Below, piece by piece: positions 1 to 8,631 of a DNA stretch of 39,577 nt (position 1 is the stretch's first letter; each line of letters opens with the position of its first letter). Position numbers and translations under genes: made by a program. The stretch lies in sequence record NC_010152.1. One strand, given 5' to 3'. The notes under the pieces were generated by a model. The model saw only the letters and a program-made list of their open reading frames with translations. It did not search any database and had not been told where the DNA came from.

Positions 1-81
1 AGCTTTTTTCTCTAGATAGAGAATGTAGTATCAAGTATCAAGATACAACATACAACGTAAAGTATCTGTGCAATACACGTA

Positions 82-101
82 ACATGTAACATGTTACATG
101 T
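82..101. repeat. Perfect 20-bp palindrome inside a GTAACAT heptamer run
   Basis: ACATGTAACATGTTACATGT is its own reverse complement. GT(A/T)ACAT occurs four times at 79-106. Confidence 0.9.
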
Positions 102-189
102 AACATCCGTGTGTAGTATGTAGGATCCTAAGTCATTGCCTCTTATTAAGAAGATACATTTTGATATGTTACCATATGGGGGTATGGTG

Positions 190-445
190 TCTAGTATCTA
201 GTATCTAGTTTCTTCGTTTCTTCGTTTCTCGTTCGTAGTATCCTATGTCATTGTTTCCCGTATCTAGTTTCTCGTTCCCCTTTCCTCGTTTCTTCGTATC
301 TAGTTCGTAGTATCCTATGTCATTGTTTCTCGTTCTCGTTTCCCGTTCTTTCGTTTATCGTTCCTCGTGTTTTCGTTTGTAGTACCCTATGTCATTGTTT
401 TCCCGTTTCTCATTTCTTCGTTCCTCGTGTTTTCGTTTGTCATTG
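190..445 (+). repeat. Left terminal low-complexity repeat region, part of an imperfect ITR
   Basis: Pyrimidine-rich (TTCG/CTCG). Three copies of GTAGTAYCCTATGTCATTGTTT (~235-256, ~307-328, ~379-400). TTCCTCGTGTTTTCGTTTGT occurs at 361-380 and 421-440. Confidence 0.9.
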
Positions 446-503
446 TTTTTTTATTATTTCTTCACTATTGTTATTCGTTTTTCGCTCGTTCATTCTTCGT
501 CAT

Positions 504-866
504 TTATCTCGATTTTAAGTCCATTATGTTTACTATTATTCCCATTATCAAATACGCCATCAGATAAACATACCCTGCTAGACACAATTTCCCCGTTAGA
601 ATTACTATTGGGAAATTCCTGCTAACTAGGTACATTAAGTCAATTTCTGATATCACTCCCAGTGCATTTACGATTAGAATTAGTCTTGGTTCGCCATTCT
701 GAATGTAATTTATGATTGACTCATATAAACTCCAAAGTGAAAAAATGATGATTGACGTATATACATACCATGATGGATAGCATGCGTGAATTTCAATTCC
801 CACTAACCATCCTGCTACTGGATATATACCCATTATGAATCGTAGTTCGTGAGTTATTCTAGCCAT
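504..866 (-). CDS. Hypothetical multi-pass membrane protein (120 aa)
   Basis: Last gene of the leftward operon; 3-4 hydrophobic segments. Confidence 0.7.
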   Translation of the reverse strand: MARITHELRFIMGIYPVAGWLVGIEIHACYPSWYVYTSIIIFSLWSLYESIINYIQNGEPRLILIVNALGVISEIDLMYLVSRNFPIVILTGKLCLAGYVYLMAYLIMGIIVNIMDLKSR

Positions 867-869
867 TAT

Positions 870-1100
870 CTATACTTCCATTTCTGCTATTACAAATTTG
901 TCTTCAATTTCTGTTGCTCTTATTAAATTTTTTACGTCTTTTTTCAATATTTTAGTTATATCTTTTGTCTTTCTTTCCTCTATTTTTTTCGATATTTCTA
1001 TTAATAAGTTTGCATAATCTTCCATGTCGCAGTAATTATTGAATGTTCTTTGTGTTATTACTTGTCCTTTATTATTAACTACTGTAACTACGTACATCAT
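870..1100 (-). CDS. Hypothetical protein (76 aa)
   Basis: Tightly packed in the operon; GGGAT upstream. Confidence 0.7.
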   Translation of the reverse strand: MMYVVTVVNNKGQVITQRTFNNYCDMEDYANLLIEISKKIEERKTKDITKILKKDVKNLIRATEIEDKFVIAEMEV

Positions 1101-1106
1101 TCCCTA

Positions 1107-1292
1107 TCATCCCGTGATTATTGTTATTTTGTTTTCCACTTTAAATACGATTTTGTCTTCTCTTTCTATTTTTTCTACTTTGTATCCCATTTTTTCTAAG
1201 TCCTCAACTAACATTTCTGCATATGCTGTTGCCATTTTTTGTGTTGGTTCTATTATCACTTTATTGATTTCTGCTATTGTTATTCCGTTCAT
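1107..1292 (-). CDS. Hypothetical protein (61 aa)
   Basis: ATGA overlap with the upstream ORF; GGTGA SD-like site upstream. Confidence 0.65.
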   Translation of the reverse strand: MNGITIAEINKVIIEPTQKMATAYAEMLVEDLEKMGYKVEKIEREDKIVFKVENKITIITG

Positions 1293-1543
1293 ATTCCTCG
1301 TATCACCTTATTATCTGCTCTTATTATCTTTCGTAGAAACTCTGCTGGCGTTAGGACATATGCTTTCTCGTCGTTTGTCGTTATTATTATCCTTGCATAG
1401 TTTTCAGTTTCCTTCAACTCGACGTTTATTATTTTTTCTTCTTTATTCTTATTGATGATGTATGCCTCTTTGGAGTTTCGTATTATGTTTAGTTTTTCCA
1501 TAACTAGTTTTCTGATCAAGCTATCGTTCATGGGGTTTGGCAT
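1289..1543 (-). CDS. Hypothetical protein, one copy of a ~60-aa repeated domain
   Basis: RIIITTNDEKAYVLTPAEFL resembles both halves of ORF 1544-1966. Confidence 0.7.
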   Translation of the reverse strand: MPNPMNDSLIRKLVMEKLNIIRNSKEAYIINKNKEEKIINVELKETENYARIIITTNDEKAYVLTPAEFLRKIIRADNKVIRGI

Positions 1544-1966
1544 TTATTTCACCCTTGCTGTTTTGTAAGATTCTAGAAAATCTCTTGGGCTTTGCGTGTA
1601 AATTGTTCCGTCTTCAGTTTCAGTTATTATGTAGTTTCCTTCTTTTCGTATATTCGTGATTCTCTTTCCTTTGAAGAATAATTGATAACCTTCTTTCTGT
1701 AATTCACGCATTGCATTTATCATGTTTTCTACTTCGTTTTCGTTATCATTCGTTGTTTTTCTCTTTTCAACTATTATCTCTCTGTTCAAGAACTGTTCTT
1801 TCGTTAGTAGTAGCATTTCTCCATCCATGAATTCTACTATGACAATTCTGTTTTTCGTGTAGATTGATTTTACCCGTTCAACCCCATCTGCTCTTCTCAT
1901 TTTTACTTTTTTCCCACTTTTAATTAACGAATTGATTTGACCTATTTTTTCTTCCACGGGTTCCAT
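1544..1966 (-). CDS. Hypothetical protein with a tandem-duplicated domain (140 aa)
   Basis: IVIVEFMDGEMLLLTKEQFL versus YIITETEDGTIYTQSPRDFL. Confidence 0.75.
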   Translation of the reverse strand: MEPVEEKIGQINSLIKSGKKVKMRRADGVERVKSIYTKNRIVIVEFMDGEMLLLTKEQFLNREIIVEKRKTTNDNENEVENMINAMRELQKEGYQLFFKGKRITNIRKEGNYIITETEDGTIYTQSPRDFLESYKTARVK

Positions 1967-1997
1967 ATGAGCATATGGTTATTGGTGGTTAAAAAAA

Positions 1998-2240
1998 TTA
2001 TCCCTCTGCTTGTAGTATGTATTTCCCGCTTTTCGTTACGATTAGTTCTTTCACGGTGATGTTTATTCCCAGTGTTGATGTTGCCTCCTGGATTATCTTA
2101 TCCTCTATCTCTTTTAGCTCATCGATTTCTTTCAGTCTTTCTGACTTTGTCAAGTTGATTTTCGTTGTACCAAGTGCTTCGAAGATGTCTTGTATTGTCG
2201 ACACGTCGATCTCTCCTTCAATCCTTACCTTGATTTTCAT
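1998..2240 (-). CDS. Hypothetical protein (80 aa)
   Basis: Operon packing; GTGGGAG upstream. Confidence 0.7.
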   Translation of the reverse strand: MKIKVRIEGEIDVSTIQDIFEALGTTKINLTKSERLKEIDELKEIEDKIIQEATSTLGINITVKELIVTKSGKYILQAEG

Positions 2241-2508
2241 ACTCCCACATCAAGACAATTTTTCCTTCCATGGTTATTTTGCCTTTCTTGAATGTTACGA
2301 TGTTCGGCACTTTCTTTTTATAGAACGAGATGATGTCGTTTATGATTTCTTTCATTTCCTCGTTTTTGGTTATGTCTCTTCCTACTATTGTCGTTTCGTC
2401 GAAAGTTATTTCCTCTTTTCCTATTAGTTTTACAAGTGCTAGGAGGAATTTACCTTCTTTCGTCTTTTTTGCATCATCACTTGTTCCGATTATCACGTGT
2501 TTGATCAT
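2218..2508 (-). CDS. Hypothetical protein (96 aa)
   Basis: Directly after the Cas4-like stop; GGTGA SD. Confidence 0.7.
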   Translation of the reverse strand: MIKHVIIGTSDDAKKTKEGKFLLALVKLIGKEEITFDETTIVGRDITKNEEMKEIINDIISFYKKKVPNIVTFKKGKITMEGKIVLMWEYENQGKD

Positions 2509-2509
2509 G

Positions 2510-3121
2510 TTACTTCACCTTTGAGAATTGACACGACTTTCTCAACTCGCAATATTTGCATTCGTTGAATGGTGCTATAAGTGTTTTCGCCACGTACTTT
2601 TCTATTTGCCTTTTTATCCATTCATCGTCTACGTGGTACTGGGAGAAGAACGTTTGTCCCGTCTCGATTTCCGTCACTTTCCCGTCTTCTACTATGAACT
2701 CCCGCATTTCATTATTCCCCACGTATACGATTACTCCTTTTGTTGCGTTTACCATGTTCATGTAAATTAGTACTTGGAATATGTGCTCATCGTAGGGATG
2801 ATCTGGAGGTTTAGCTACCGTCTTGAATTCTATTACGATGTTGTCTTCTGTTAGTCCGTCTAGTCTTCCTATTAATGTGTAGTCTCCGTACTGTTTCCTC
2901 ACTTCTTTCTCAAATTCTATCTTCTTTTCTCCGTATGTTGTTAGCAATTTCTCTAGTCCCTCGTGTAATGCTACTCCTCTAATTATCGACGTTTCTGGTT
3001 CCTCTCTTTTTGGTCTCAGCACGCAATGTAAGAGATCTGTAACGTAAACTTCGCCTTCTTTCTTTGGTGAGTGTTCTTGTTGCATTTTCTTGAATGCTTT
3101 CCTAATTTCCTCTACTATCAT
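2510..3121 (-). CDS. Viral Cas4-like RecB-family exonuclease with Fe-S cysteines
   Basis: VTDLLHC, RGxxLH, GRLDG, EFKT, QVLIY and C-terminal [10 protein letters not shown] (1+3 Cys pattern). Confidence 0.9.
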   Translation of the reverse strand: MIVEEIRKAFKKMQQEHSPKKEGEVYVTDLLHCVLRPKREEPETSIIRGVALHEGLEKLLTTYGEKKIEFEKEVRKQYGDYTLIGRLDGLTEDNIVIEFKTVAKPPDHPYDEHIFQVLIYMNMVNATKGVIVYVGNNEMREFIVEDGKVTEIETGQTFFSQYHVDDEWIKRQIEKYVAKTLIAPFNECKYCELRKSCQFSKVK

Positions 3122-4899
3122 CTACAGATCACCTCAACCATTTTTTCGCCTAGGACTGTTTTTGCTGTCTGCTTGTTCATGCATAATTCCGTCTTATTGC
3201 GTATTCCAGCTCTCATTAGCTGTACTGCTCTTTTTCTTCCAATGCCCGGTAATCTGACCAACGCTAAGGCTTCGCTTGGGACTCCATATCTGGTTTCTAG
3301 ATAGAGCATCTGTAGCTTCTTTGCTAGTTCTGTTCTGCCGAGTGCTTTTGATATTCTGTATACGCCGTATGTTTGCCATGCCAACGTTTCCACTAGTTTG
3401 TTCAAGTCGTGTAGTGACATTCCCTTCGTACTCTTGACGATGATTTTGTCGTCAACTCCTTTTATCCAGTTTTCAAAGATTGTTCTCACGTTTTCACCTT
3501 TTGATGCGTCTAGTACATTTCTGTTTTCTAGTATTGCATTCATGACGTCTTCTACAGACGTGTTGTCTCTGTCCAACACGTCTTTATACGCTATTGCGTC
3601 TCTGACGTCGAAATATGATTCAGCGACGGCTCTTCCGTAAGTTGTCGTATAGTATCCTGTGTTATCATGACCTAAAATGTTGGCTTCAACTAGTTTGTTT
3701 GCTGTCTCTATTATTTCGTCTTCGTCTAGGTCTTTGAAGGACAGCGTGAACTTTGCTACTCTCTTCAACTTATCCTCTTTCATATACACGTACTTGGATA
3801 CTGTTGCGAGTATGAAGTCTTCTAAAACGTGGTGTGGCGTTAGACTTCCATAGTTGACGTTGAAGTAACGTCTTGCCAATTTTTCAGCTTCTTTCATGTC
3901 AGTTGCTTCAATTACACAAAGTCCTTCTTCGTCATATCCGGGTCTTCCTGCTCTTCCGCAAATTTGGTCGAATTCGATTGGTGTTAGTGATCTCCACCCT
4001 AGAAATCTTCCGTACTCGATGATGGGGAGCTTTAGATCGTCAAATATGACTGCGTAGAATGGGAAGTTTACGCCTTGTCCTAATGCGGTTGTTGTTATAA
4101 TGATGTTATACTTTCCCTGCTTGGTTTCTTCTAGCAGTCTCAGTTTGGCGTCTGGTTCTAATCCTGCATGGAAGAACGCAACTCTCCCTCTGTATCTTCT
4201 ATCATAAATTAGGTAAAGTTCTTCTGCCTTTTTTCTGGTGCTTGTGAAGATCATTACGACCTTGCCTTTTCTTACAAGTTTCGTAACTATATCCTCTTTC
4301 ATTTCTATCTTGTCCCCATCCTCAAAAATTAGTGTTTTTCCTATTTTGATTGCCTTGTAAATGGGTATCGGTCTCTCGTCAGTTTTTAACACTTCGGCGT
4401 TCGTAACGTCAGCGATCTTATCCACGTCCGGAATAGTTGCGCTCATCATTATGAGCCGTATTTCCTCATTCATTGCATACGCCATAAGGTTCTCTATTGC
4501 TTTACCTCTCTCTTTATCACCAACGTTGTGTATTTCGTCTATGATAATCATATTCACGTTGTTTGTCCATCCGTAATGTCTTCTCAAGACTGCATCAGCC
4601 TTTTCATACGTTGTAAAGATGATCTTGGCGTCTATGTTCTCGGGATCTTCGTCGTAAACTTCGCTTGTTAGTGCGGTAGTTGGTGTTGTTGGGGAGATTT
4701 TCTTCTGGAAGTCGTCATTTAGCTGTAGAGCCAACGCTTTCAGAGGGACAGTGTAGAGTACTCTTCCGTTTGCTTCGCTTGACATTAGCATTGCTAGGAA
4801 TGATTTTCCTGTACCGGTGGGTGCTGAGATTAGTATGTTTTTACTCGTGTTGTGGAATACGTTGAGTACTTTTTGTTGGAATTCATTGAGCTTTACCAT
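3118..4899 (-). CDS. SF2 helicase, Ski2/Hel308(Hjm)-like (593 aa from ATG 4899)
   Basis: [32 protein letters not shown] and a C-terminal HhH (LPGIGRKRA). Second ATG chosen because it follows a GGTGA SD. Confidence 0.95.
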   Translation of the reverse strand: MVKLNEFQQKVLNVFHNTSKNILISAPTGTGKSFLAMLMSSEANGRVLYTVPLKALALQLNDDFQKKISPTTPTTALTSEVYDEDPENIDAKIIFTTYEKADAVLRRHYGWTNNVNMIIIDEIHNVGDKERGKAIENLMAYAMNEEIRLIMMSATIPDVDKIADVTNAEVLKTDERPIPIYKAIKIGKTLIFEDGDKIEMKEDIVTKLVRKGKVVMIFTSTRKKAEELYLIYDRRYRGRVAFFHAGLEPDAKLRLLEETKQGKYNIIITTTALGQGVNFPFYAVIFDDLKLPIIEYGRFLGWRSLTPIEFDQICGRAGRPGYDEEGLCVIEATDMKEAEKLARRYFNVNYGSLTPHHVLEDFILATVSKYVYMKEDKLKRVAKFTLSFKDLDEDEIIETANKLVEANILGHDNTGYYTTTYGRAVAESYFDVRDAIAYKDVLDRDNTSVEDVMNAILENRNVLDASKGENVRTIFENWIKGVDDKIIVKSTKGMSLHDLNKLVETLAWQTYGVYRISKALGRTELAKKLQMLYLETRYGVPSEALALVRLPGIGRKRAVQLMRAGIRNKTELCMNKQTAKTVLGEKMVEVICR

Positions 4900-5122
4900 T
4901 TTTCTCACCTGAGTAGAATTCTTTTTCGTCAATTCTGCGAATTACTGAAATTTTCGATATTTTGATATAAATCGGATTTCCTTGTTGATCTTCTCCTAAA
5001 ATATTGTTGTAGTCGTCAATTTCTACGATTTTTAGTCTGTATTTTCGTCCTTGGGCTAAGACTTCTATAATGTCTCCTACTGAGAATGAGATTTTCCCCA
5101 TGATTAATTTATTTTTAGCCAT
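4883..5122 (-). CDS. Small beta-barrel protein, putative Sm/LSm/Hfq-like fold (79 aa)
   Basis: First gene of the operon; AAAAAACTTAAA promoter ~25 nt upstream (leaderless). KIVEIDDYNNILGED and IYIKISKISVI resemble Sm1/Sm2. The ORF is likely real; the fold is inferred. Confidence 0.6.
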   Translation of the reverse strand: MAKNKLIMGKISFSVGDIIEVLAQGRKYRLKIVEIDDYNNILGEDQQGNPIYIKISKISVIRRIDEKEFYSGEKNGKAQ

Positions 5123-5183
5123 TACTTTATGGTATCACATTCCAGAATTTAAGTTTTTTATCCCTCTTGTTCTAGTGTTATTC

Positions 5184-5369
5184 ATGAGAGTTATTGTCCA
5201 CGTTGAGGGTGTTGTAGACGTAGAGGAACCTTGTGAAGACGAATTGGAATGTCTTCTAATTTATTCACAAATGCTAGAAAAATATGAGAATGAGTTAGGG
5301 TATTGTTACGGAGTAAGTCTGCAAGAAAGAGTTAAGTGTTCTCATGGATATGTGGAAATAAAAAGGTAA
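5184..5369 (+). CDS. Hypothetical protein (61 aa, MRVIVHVEG...)
   Basis: Internal ATG of the tracked ORF 5070-5369, behind a divergent TATA-like element; N-terminus resembles ORF 1998-2240. Confidence 0.55.
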   Translation: MRVIVHVEGVVDVEEPCEDELECLLIYSQMLEKYENELGYCYGVSLQERVKCSHGYVEIKR

Positions 5370-5375
5370 AAAAAT

Positions 5376-5927
5376 TTATTTTGATTTTAATGCCTCATAC
5401 TGTTTCTTTAGTGCTAGTAGTTGTGAAGGATGGACTAAAACCAACATTGGTTGCGGATAATCCGATTGCTGGTACGCAACCCCGACGATTACGGATCCCT
5501 GCTTAAGTTTTGGCACAACGTTTCTCAACAACGAGTAGTATACTCCCTGTGACGTTGAGAATAAGTAGACTTCTTTCTTTTTCTGGTTGATTTCCTTTAC
5601 TAGGTCAATGGGTATCGTTTGTTGATCTTGTATTGTATTGACTATCTTTTCTATCAACTGGTCGTCAGTTATTACGTATCCGTCAATTTGAGATACCTGC
5701 CCTGGTTCGTTGGACTTATTAAAGATGACATCATGAATTTCCACTTTCTTTATAATTAGCAATTTCCAGACGTATTTATTCAGATTTTCCCTTTGAAATG
5801 GTAGTACGAGTTCATCAGACGTCGCTTGTTCTTGCAATTCTATTTTCTGGGTTTGGGCTTCTTCTACTGGTTCTTCAGCTTCTTCGTCTTCTTTTAATTC
5901 TTCCTTGATCTTACTTTTTTCTACCAT
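5376..5927 (-). CDS. Conserved protein, putative OB-fold ssDNA-binding protein (183 aa)
   Basis: GAGGT SD; acidic N-terminal tail; YLFSTSQGVYYSL pattern reminiscent of phi29 gp5-type SSBs. Confidence 0.65.
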   Translation of the reverse strand: MVEKSKIKEELKEDEEAEEPVEEAQTQKIELQEQATSDELVLPFQRENLNKYVWKLLIIKKVEIHDVIFNKSNEPGQVSQIDGYVITDDQLIEKIVNTIQDQQTIPIDLVKEINQKKKEVYLFSTSQGVYYSLLRNVVPKLKQGSVIVGVAYQQSDYPQPMLVLVHPSQLLALKKQYEALKSK

Positions 5928-6070
5928 TGTTTGACTACCTCCTTTATTTCTTGCGGATAACTATCCCAGTATTGGCAGAATTCTAAAAAAATCTTTTCGG
6001 ATTGACTTAATGCCTCCAGGGGTAAGCCCTGGGGATTGATTAATTGGTTGCATTCTTCGAATGTGGGCAT
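5921..6070 (-). CDS. Small protein missing from the ORF track (49 aa, MPTFEECNQL...EVVKQW)
   Basis: Translated by hand. Upstream GGGAAATGTTTAAATA promoter and GGGGGA SD; the stop overlaps the start of ORF 5376-5927. Confidence 0.55.
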   Translation of the reverse strand: MPTFEECNQLINPQGLPLEALSQSEKIFLEFCQYWDSYPQEIKEVVKQW

Positions 6071-6160
6071 TTTGTCCCCCTTACTAGAATGTAGCAGAAC
6101 AAATATTTAAACATTTCCCTTCACGAAGATTTATATACCAGTTTGTGATAGTACATTTTA

Positions 6161-6400
6161 GTGGTCGAAATGGAGAAGAGTCTAGAAGAGGAGATACAAG
6201 ATAGGATAAGAGATAGAATAGAATGTAGTGGATTTTTTAATTGTCGTGTTGTCCTATTTAAGACTGGCGAGAAGTCTGGAATTTTCTATATTCTAGCCGA
6301 AGCGGAGTACTGCGTAAGTGTGATAGATAAAGGGAAGTATGTTGTGTCCGGAGATTCGATTTTCATAGAATTGGGTTCAGGAGAAAAATTCTATATCTAA
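6161..6400 (+). CDS. Hypothetical protein (79 aa; start may be ATG 6170)
   Basis: ATTTATAT box at ~6130; acidic composition. Confidence 0.6.
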   Translation: MVEMEKSLEEEIQDRIRDRIECSGFFNCRVVLFKTGEKSGIFYILAEAEYCVSVIDKGKYVVSGDSIFIELGSGEKFYI

Positions 6401-6403
6401 AAG

Positions 6404-6835
6404 TCAACTAATTCTTATTTTTTTGAGTGCTCTTCGTGTAAGAATGTAGATTGCCCTTAATGCTTTCTTTTTTTCATTTTCGTCCTCGATTTTTTGTGCC
6501 AATTCTGTTATTGTGTTTATCGTCGTTATTATTTTATCAATTCCTTTTTTGTCAATTTCATAAGCATATCGTAGATCGATTGCAAATTCATACGCTTCTG
6601 CAATTTCTTTCTGTAGTTTCAGTTCTGTTGCTATTTTTTCTCCTTTTTCAGTTAGTATTGCAATATCTGTTAGTTTTGATTTATCTTTATCTACAATTAT
6701 TTTTATTTCTGTTAATCCTTTTTTCGTTAGGCTGTTTACTATTCTTCTAACTTTTCCGTCGCTAATGTTGATTTGTTTCTCATCTAGTAATTTTACGAGA
6801 ATTCTTTTTTCTCCTTTTGATAATTGTATTTCCAT
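6404..6835 (-). CDS. Winged-helix DNA-binding protein (143 aa), possible Acr-associated regulator
   Basis: Start at MEIQLSK after a GGTGAG SD. LSKGEKRILVKLL...VRRIVNSLTKKGLTEI is a wHTH pattern. Lies immediately downstream of acrIII-1. Confidence 0.7.
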   Translation of the reverse strand: MEIQLSKGEKRILVKLLDEKQINISDGKVRRIVNSLTKKGLTEIKIIVDKDKSKLTDIAILTEKGEKIATELKLQKEIAEAYEFAIDLRYAYEIDKKGIDKIITTINTITELAQKIEDENEKKKALRAIYILTRRALKKIRIS

Positions 6836-6879
6836 CTTTTTCTCACCTTTTGTTTTAAAGAAATAGGAATAGAAAAAAA

Positions 6880-7209
6880 TTATTGAATTTCGAATAACCA
6901 AAGTTCATATCCTATTTTTTCCAGTTCTTCTGTCGTTTTAATTACGACACCTTCAGGGAGGCGTTGCTTTAAAGAAAATGCTAATATTTTGTCTCCGTGG
7001 CTTGCTTTTATAGCAATCCTGTTTACTGGGATATTAACTCCTAAGACGTTCGACAAGAGTTCTGCTGTTGCTTGATGACCTACGGCTGATACGAAGTTCT
7101 CCTTGTGCAATAATTCTCTTGCTTCTTGGATAGTTATTTCCTTTGCCTTTACAATATACTCCTCCCCCTCTTTCAAGGGGAGGATTGCAGAATTGAGTAG
7201 ATATAGCAT
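6880..7209 (-). CDS. acrIII-1: AcrIII-1 viral ring nuclease (DUF1874; AFV3-109/STIV B116 family)
   Basis: MLYLLNS N-terminus, SAVGH (H45), NR (R64) and RLPEG (R83, E86), with the catalytic spacing known for SIRV1 gp29. Confidence 0.93.
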   Translation of the reverse strand: MLYLLNSAILPLKEGEEYIVKAKEITIQEARELLHKENFVSAVGHQATAELLSNVLGVNIPVNRIAIKASHGDKILAFSLKQRLPEGVVIKTTEELEKIGYELWLFEIQ

Positions 7210-7230
7210 ATGTTCTACTACAATCTTTGA

Positions 7231-7249
7231 ATATATAAATTTTTCTTTC
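7231..7249 (-). promoter_or_regulatory. Strong BRE-TATA promoter of acrIII-1
   Basis: GAAAGAAAAATTTATATAT ends ~21 nt before the ATG. Confidence 0.85.
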
Positions 7250-7304
7250 GGTGAACTTGATCTTTGATCTTTATGAAGAGAAGAAGGGAAGCAAAAAAAG
7301 AAGA

Positions 7305-7964
7305 TTAATCTATAGCAGGCGGAGGATGTACGAGAATGTATGCGCCCGGTTTTAATTGAATCGGGTTGTGATCCTTGCTTTTTATTTCTGTTGTTTCATC
7401 TATTTTTATCAATATGCCGTCATAAATCCCTATATGCTCTATCGCTGTCTCTGTATAATGGTTGTAATATTCTAATTGTCCTTTTACAAATTTGATATTT
7501 TCTGGTATATTTGGTATGCTGTAAATTTCTAGATTTCCTTGTGTTACTGTCGGTTGTAATTGTATTGTCGGTGCTTTTCTTGCAATAAATATGTTTATCG
7601 AGTAGTTATCAAATTTTGCTAGGTATTTCCTCTCTGTGTCTAGATATTTTTTCAGTAAGTCCCCGTACGTTGCTATAAAGTTCTGTTCGATTAACAGATT
7701 TTCTCTGGTCAGTTTAAAGTCAGCTTCAAAAGACATTTTTTTCCAATTTATTATCCATAGACCTCTTGTTAGTTTCGCCGATATTTCTCCGTTTTCATTT
7801 ATTTCTATTTTGTAGCATCCATGAGACGTCATTCCACTGTTGCTCGCATATTTTTGGCAATCAATGACTCGCTCTTCTTTTCCCAATATTATCTTGTAGA
7901 CCCATTGATTTATTCCCTTTAATTGGAATGCGGGATATGGTAACACTTCTATTTGAGACTCCAC
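7305..7964 (-). CDS. AcrIIIB1-like anti-CRISPR candidate (219 aa)
   Basis: C-terminal KGQLEY..HI...DGILIKID..EIKSKDH...YILVHPPP.ID matches my recollection of the SIRV2 gp48 (AcrIIIB1) C-terminus. GTG start with an AGGTGAGG SD; next to acrIII-1. Confidence 0.65.
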   Translation of the reverse strand: MESQIEVLPYPAFQLKGINQWVYKIILGKEERVIDCQKYASNSGMTSHGCYKIEINENGEISAKLTRGLWIINWKKMSFEADFKLTRENLLIEQNFIATYGDLLKKYLDTERKYLAKFDNYSINIFIARKAPTIQLQPTVTQGNLEIYSIPNIPENIKFVKGQLEYYNHYTETAIEHIGIYDGILIKIDETTEIKSKDHNPIQLKPGAYILVHPPPAID

Positions 7965-7994
7965 ACTACCTCACCTATCTAAGTAATTGTCAAG

Positions 7995-8015
7995 AAGGAT
8001 ATATAAATATTTCTC
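7995..8015 (-). promoter_or_regulatory. Early-type promoter, identical copy 1
   Basis: GAGAAATATTTATATATCCTT, identical to 8475-8495. Confidence 0.9.
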
Positions 8016-8104
8016 CTACAATTTGTCGTACTAAAATTTGAATAATAGAGTAGTTGACGAAATAAGGAAATCAGAAATTGAAAAGGAAAAAAATAATTAC
8101 CTTT

Positions 8105-8446
8105 TTATGAAGAACAGCAGTAGATTGCCCTGCCGAACTCATCAACGAATATTGGTCCGTCTTCGCTAGTTAGCTTCTCAATTAGTTCGTTCCAGGATTT
8201 TAGCTTAAATTTATTTAATATGCATTTTAGGTCCATAAGATATCCAAAAAAGAGTGTGTCCGCTCCGTCATAAAGTTCAACTCTTATTTCGTCGCCTTCT
8301 GGGACGACTCTTATTTTTGTTTTTAAGTCAATAAGTTCATTAAAACCTGACTCAAAAACCTTTAGCCATATTTCATTACCTTTTAGTTCAAAGTCGAATA
8401 TCAATGCGTTACACTCATTTTCTTCTTCATTTTCTTCACTATTCAT
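8105..8446 (-). CDS. Acidic hypothetical protein (113 aa), anti-defence candidate
   Basis: Own strong promoter and T-rich terminator. Confidence 0.8.
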   Translation of the reverse strand: MNSEENEEENECNALIFDFELKGNEIWLKVFESGFNELIDLKTKIRVVPEGDEIRVELYDGADTLFFGYLMDLKCILNKFKLKSWNELIEKLTSEDGPIFVDEFGRAIYCCSS

Positions 8447-8474
8447 ATTCTCCCCTAGCCATAATTTAGGATAA

Positions 8475-8495
8475 AAGGATATATAAATATTTCTC
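8475..8495 (-). promoter_or_regulatory. Early-type promoter, identical copy 2
   Basis: 21/21 identity with 7995-8015. Confidence 0.9.
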
Positions 8496-8631
8496 TCTGT
8501 CTTTTCTGTTTATGAAGATATAATTACTAATAATCGTATTAGTCAATTGAAGTCAGTATCAGTATATTTTAAAGAAGAAATAATAATGTGAAAAGTAAAA
8601 AAATGAAGTAAAAAAATAACTTATCTTAAAT

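Noticed and set aside
367-625. Plus-strand ORFs 367-567 and 389-625 (F/S/V-rich)
   Set aside because: They are translations of the pyrimidine-rich terminal repeat and the antisense of ORF120, with no initiation signals.
1039-2770. Several hydrophobic plus-strand ORFs (1039-1455, 2017-2427, 2330-2524, 2528-2770)
   Set aside because: Antisense shadows of K/E-rich minus-strand genes, which typically give F/S/L-rich open frames.
2510-3121. Cas4 as evidence of a CRISPR-Cas locus
   Set aside because: It is a solo viral Cas4-like nuclease; no cas1, cas2 or array is present.
5070-5183. N-terminal extension of ORF 5070-5369
   Set aside because: It overlaps the Sm-like gene and the divergent promoters; ATG 5184 fits the promoter spacing better.
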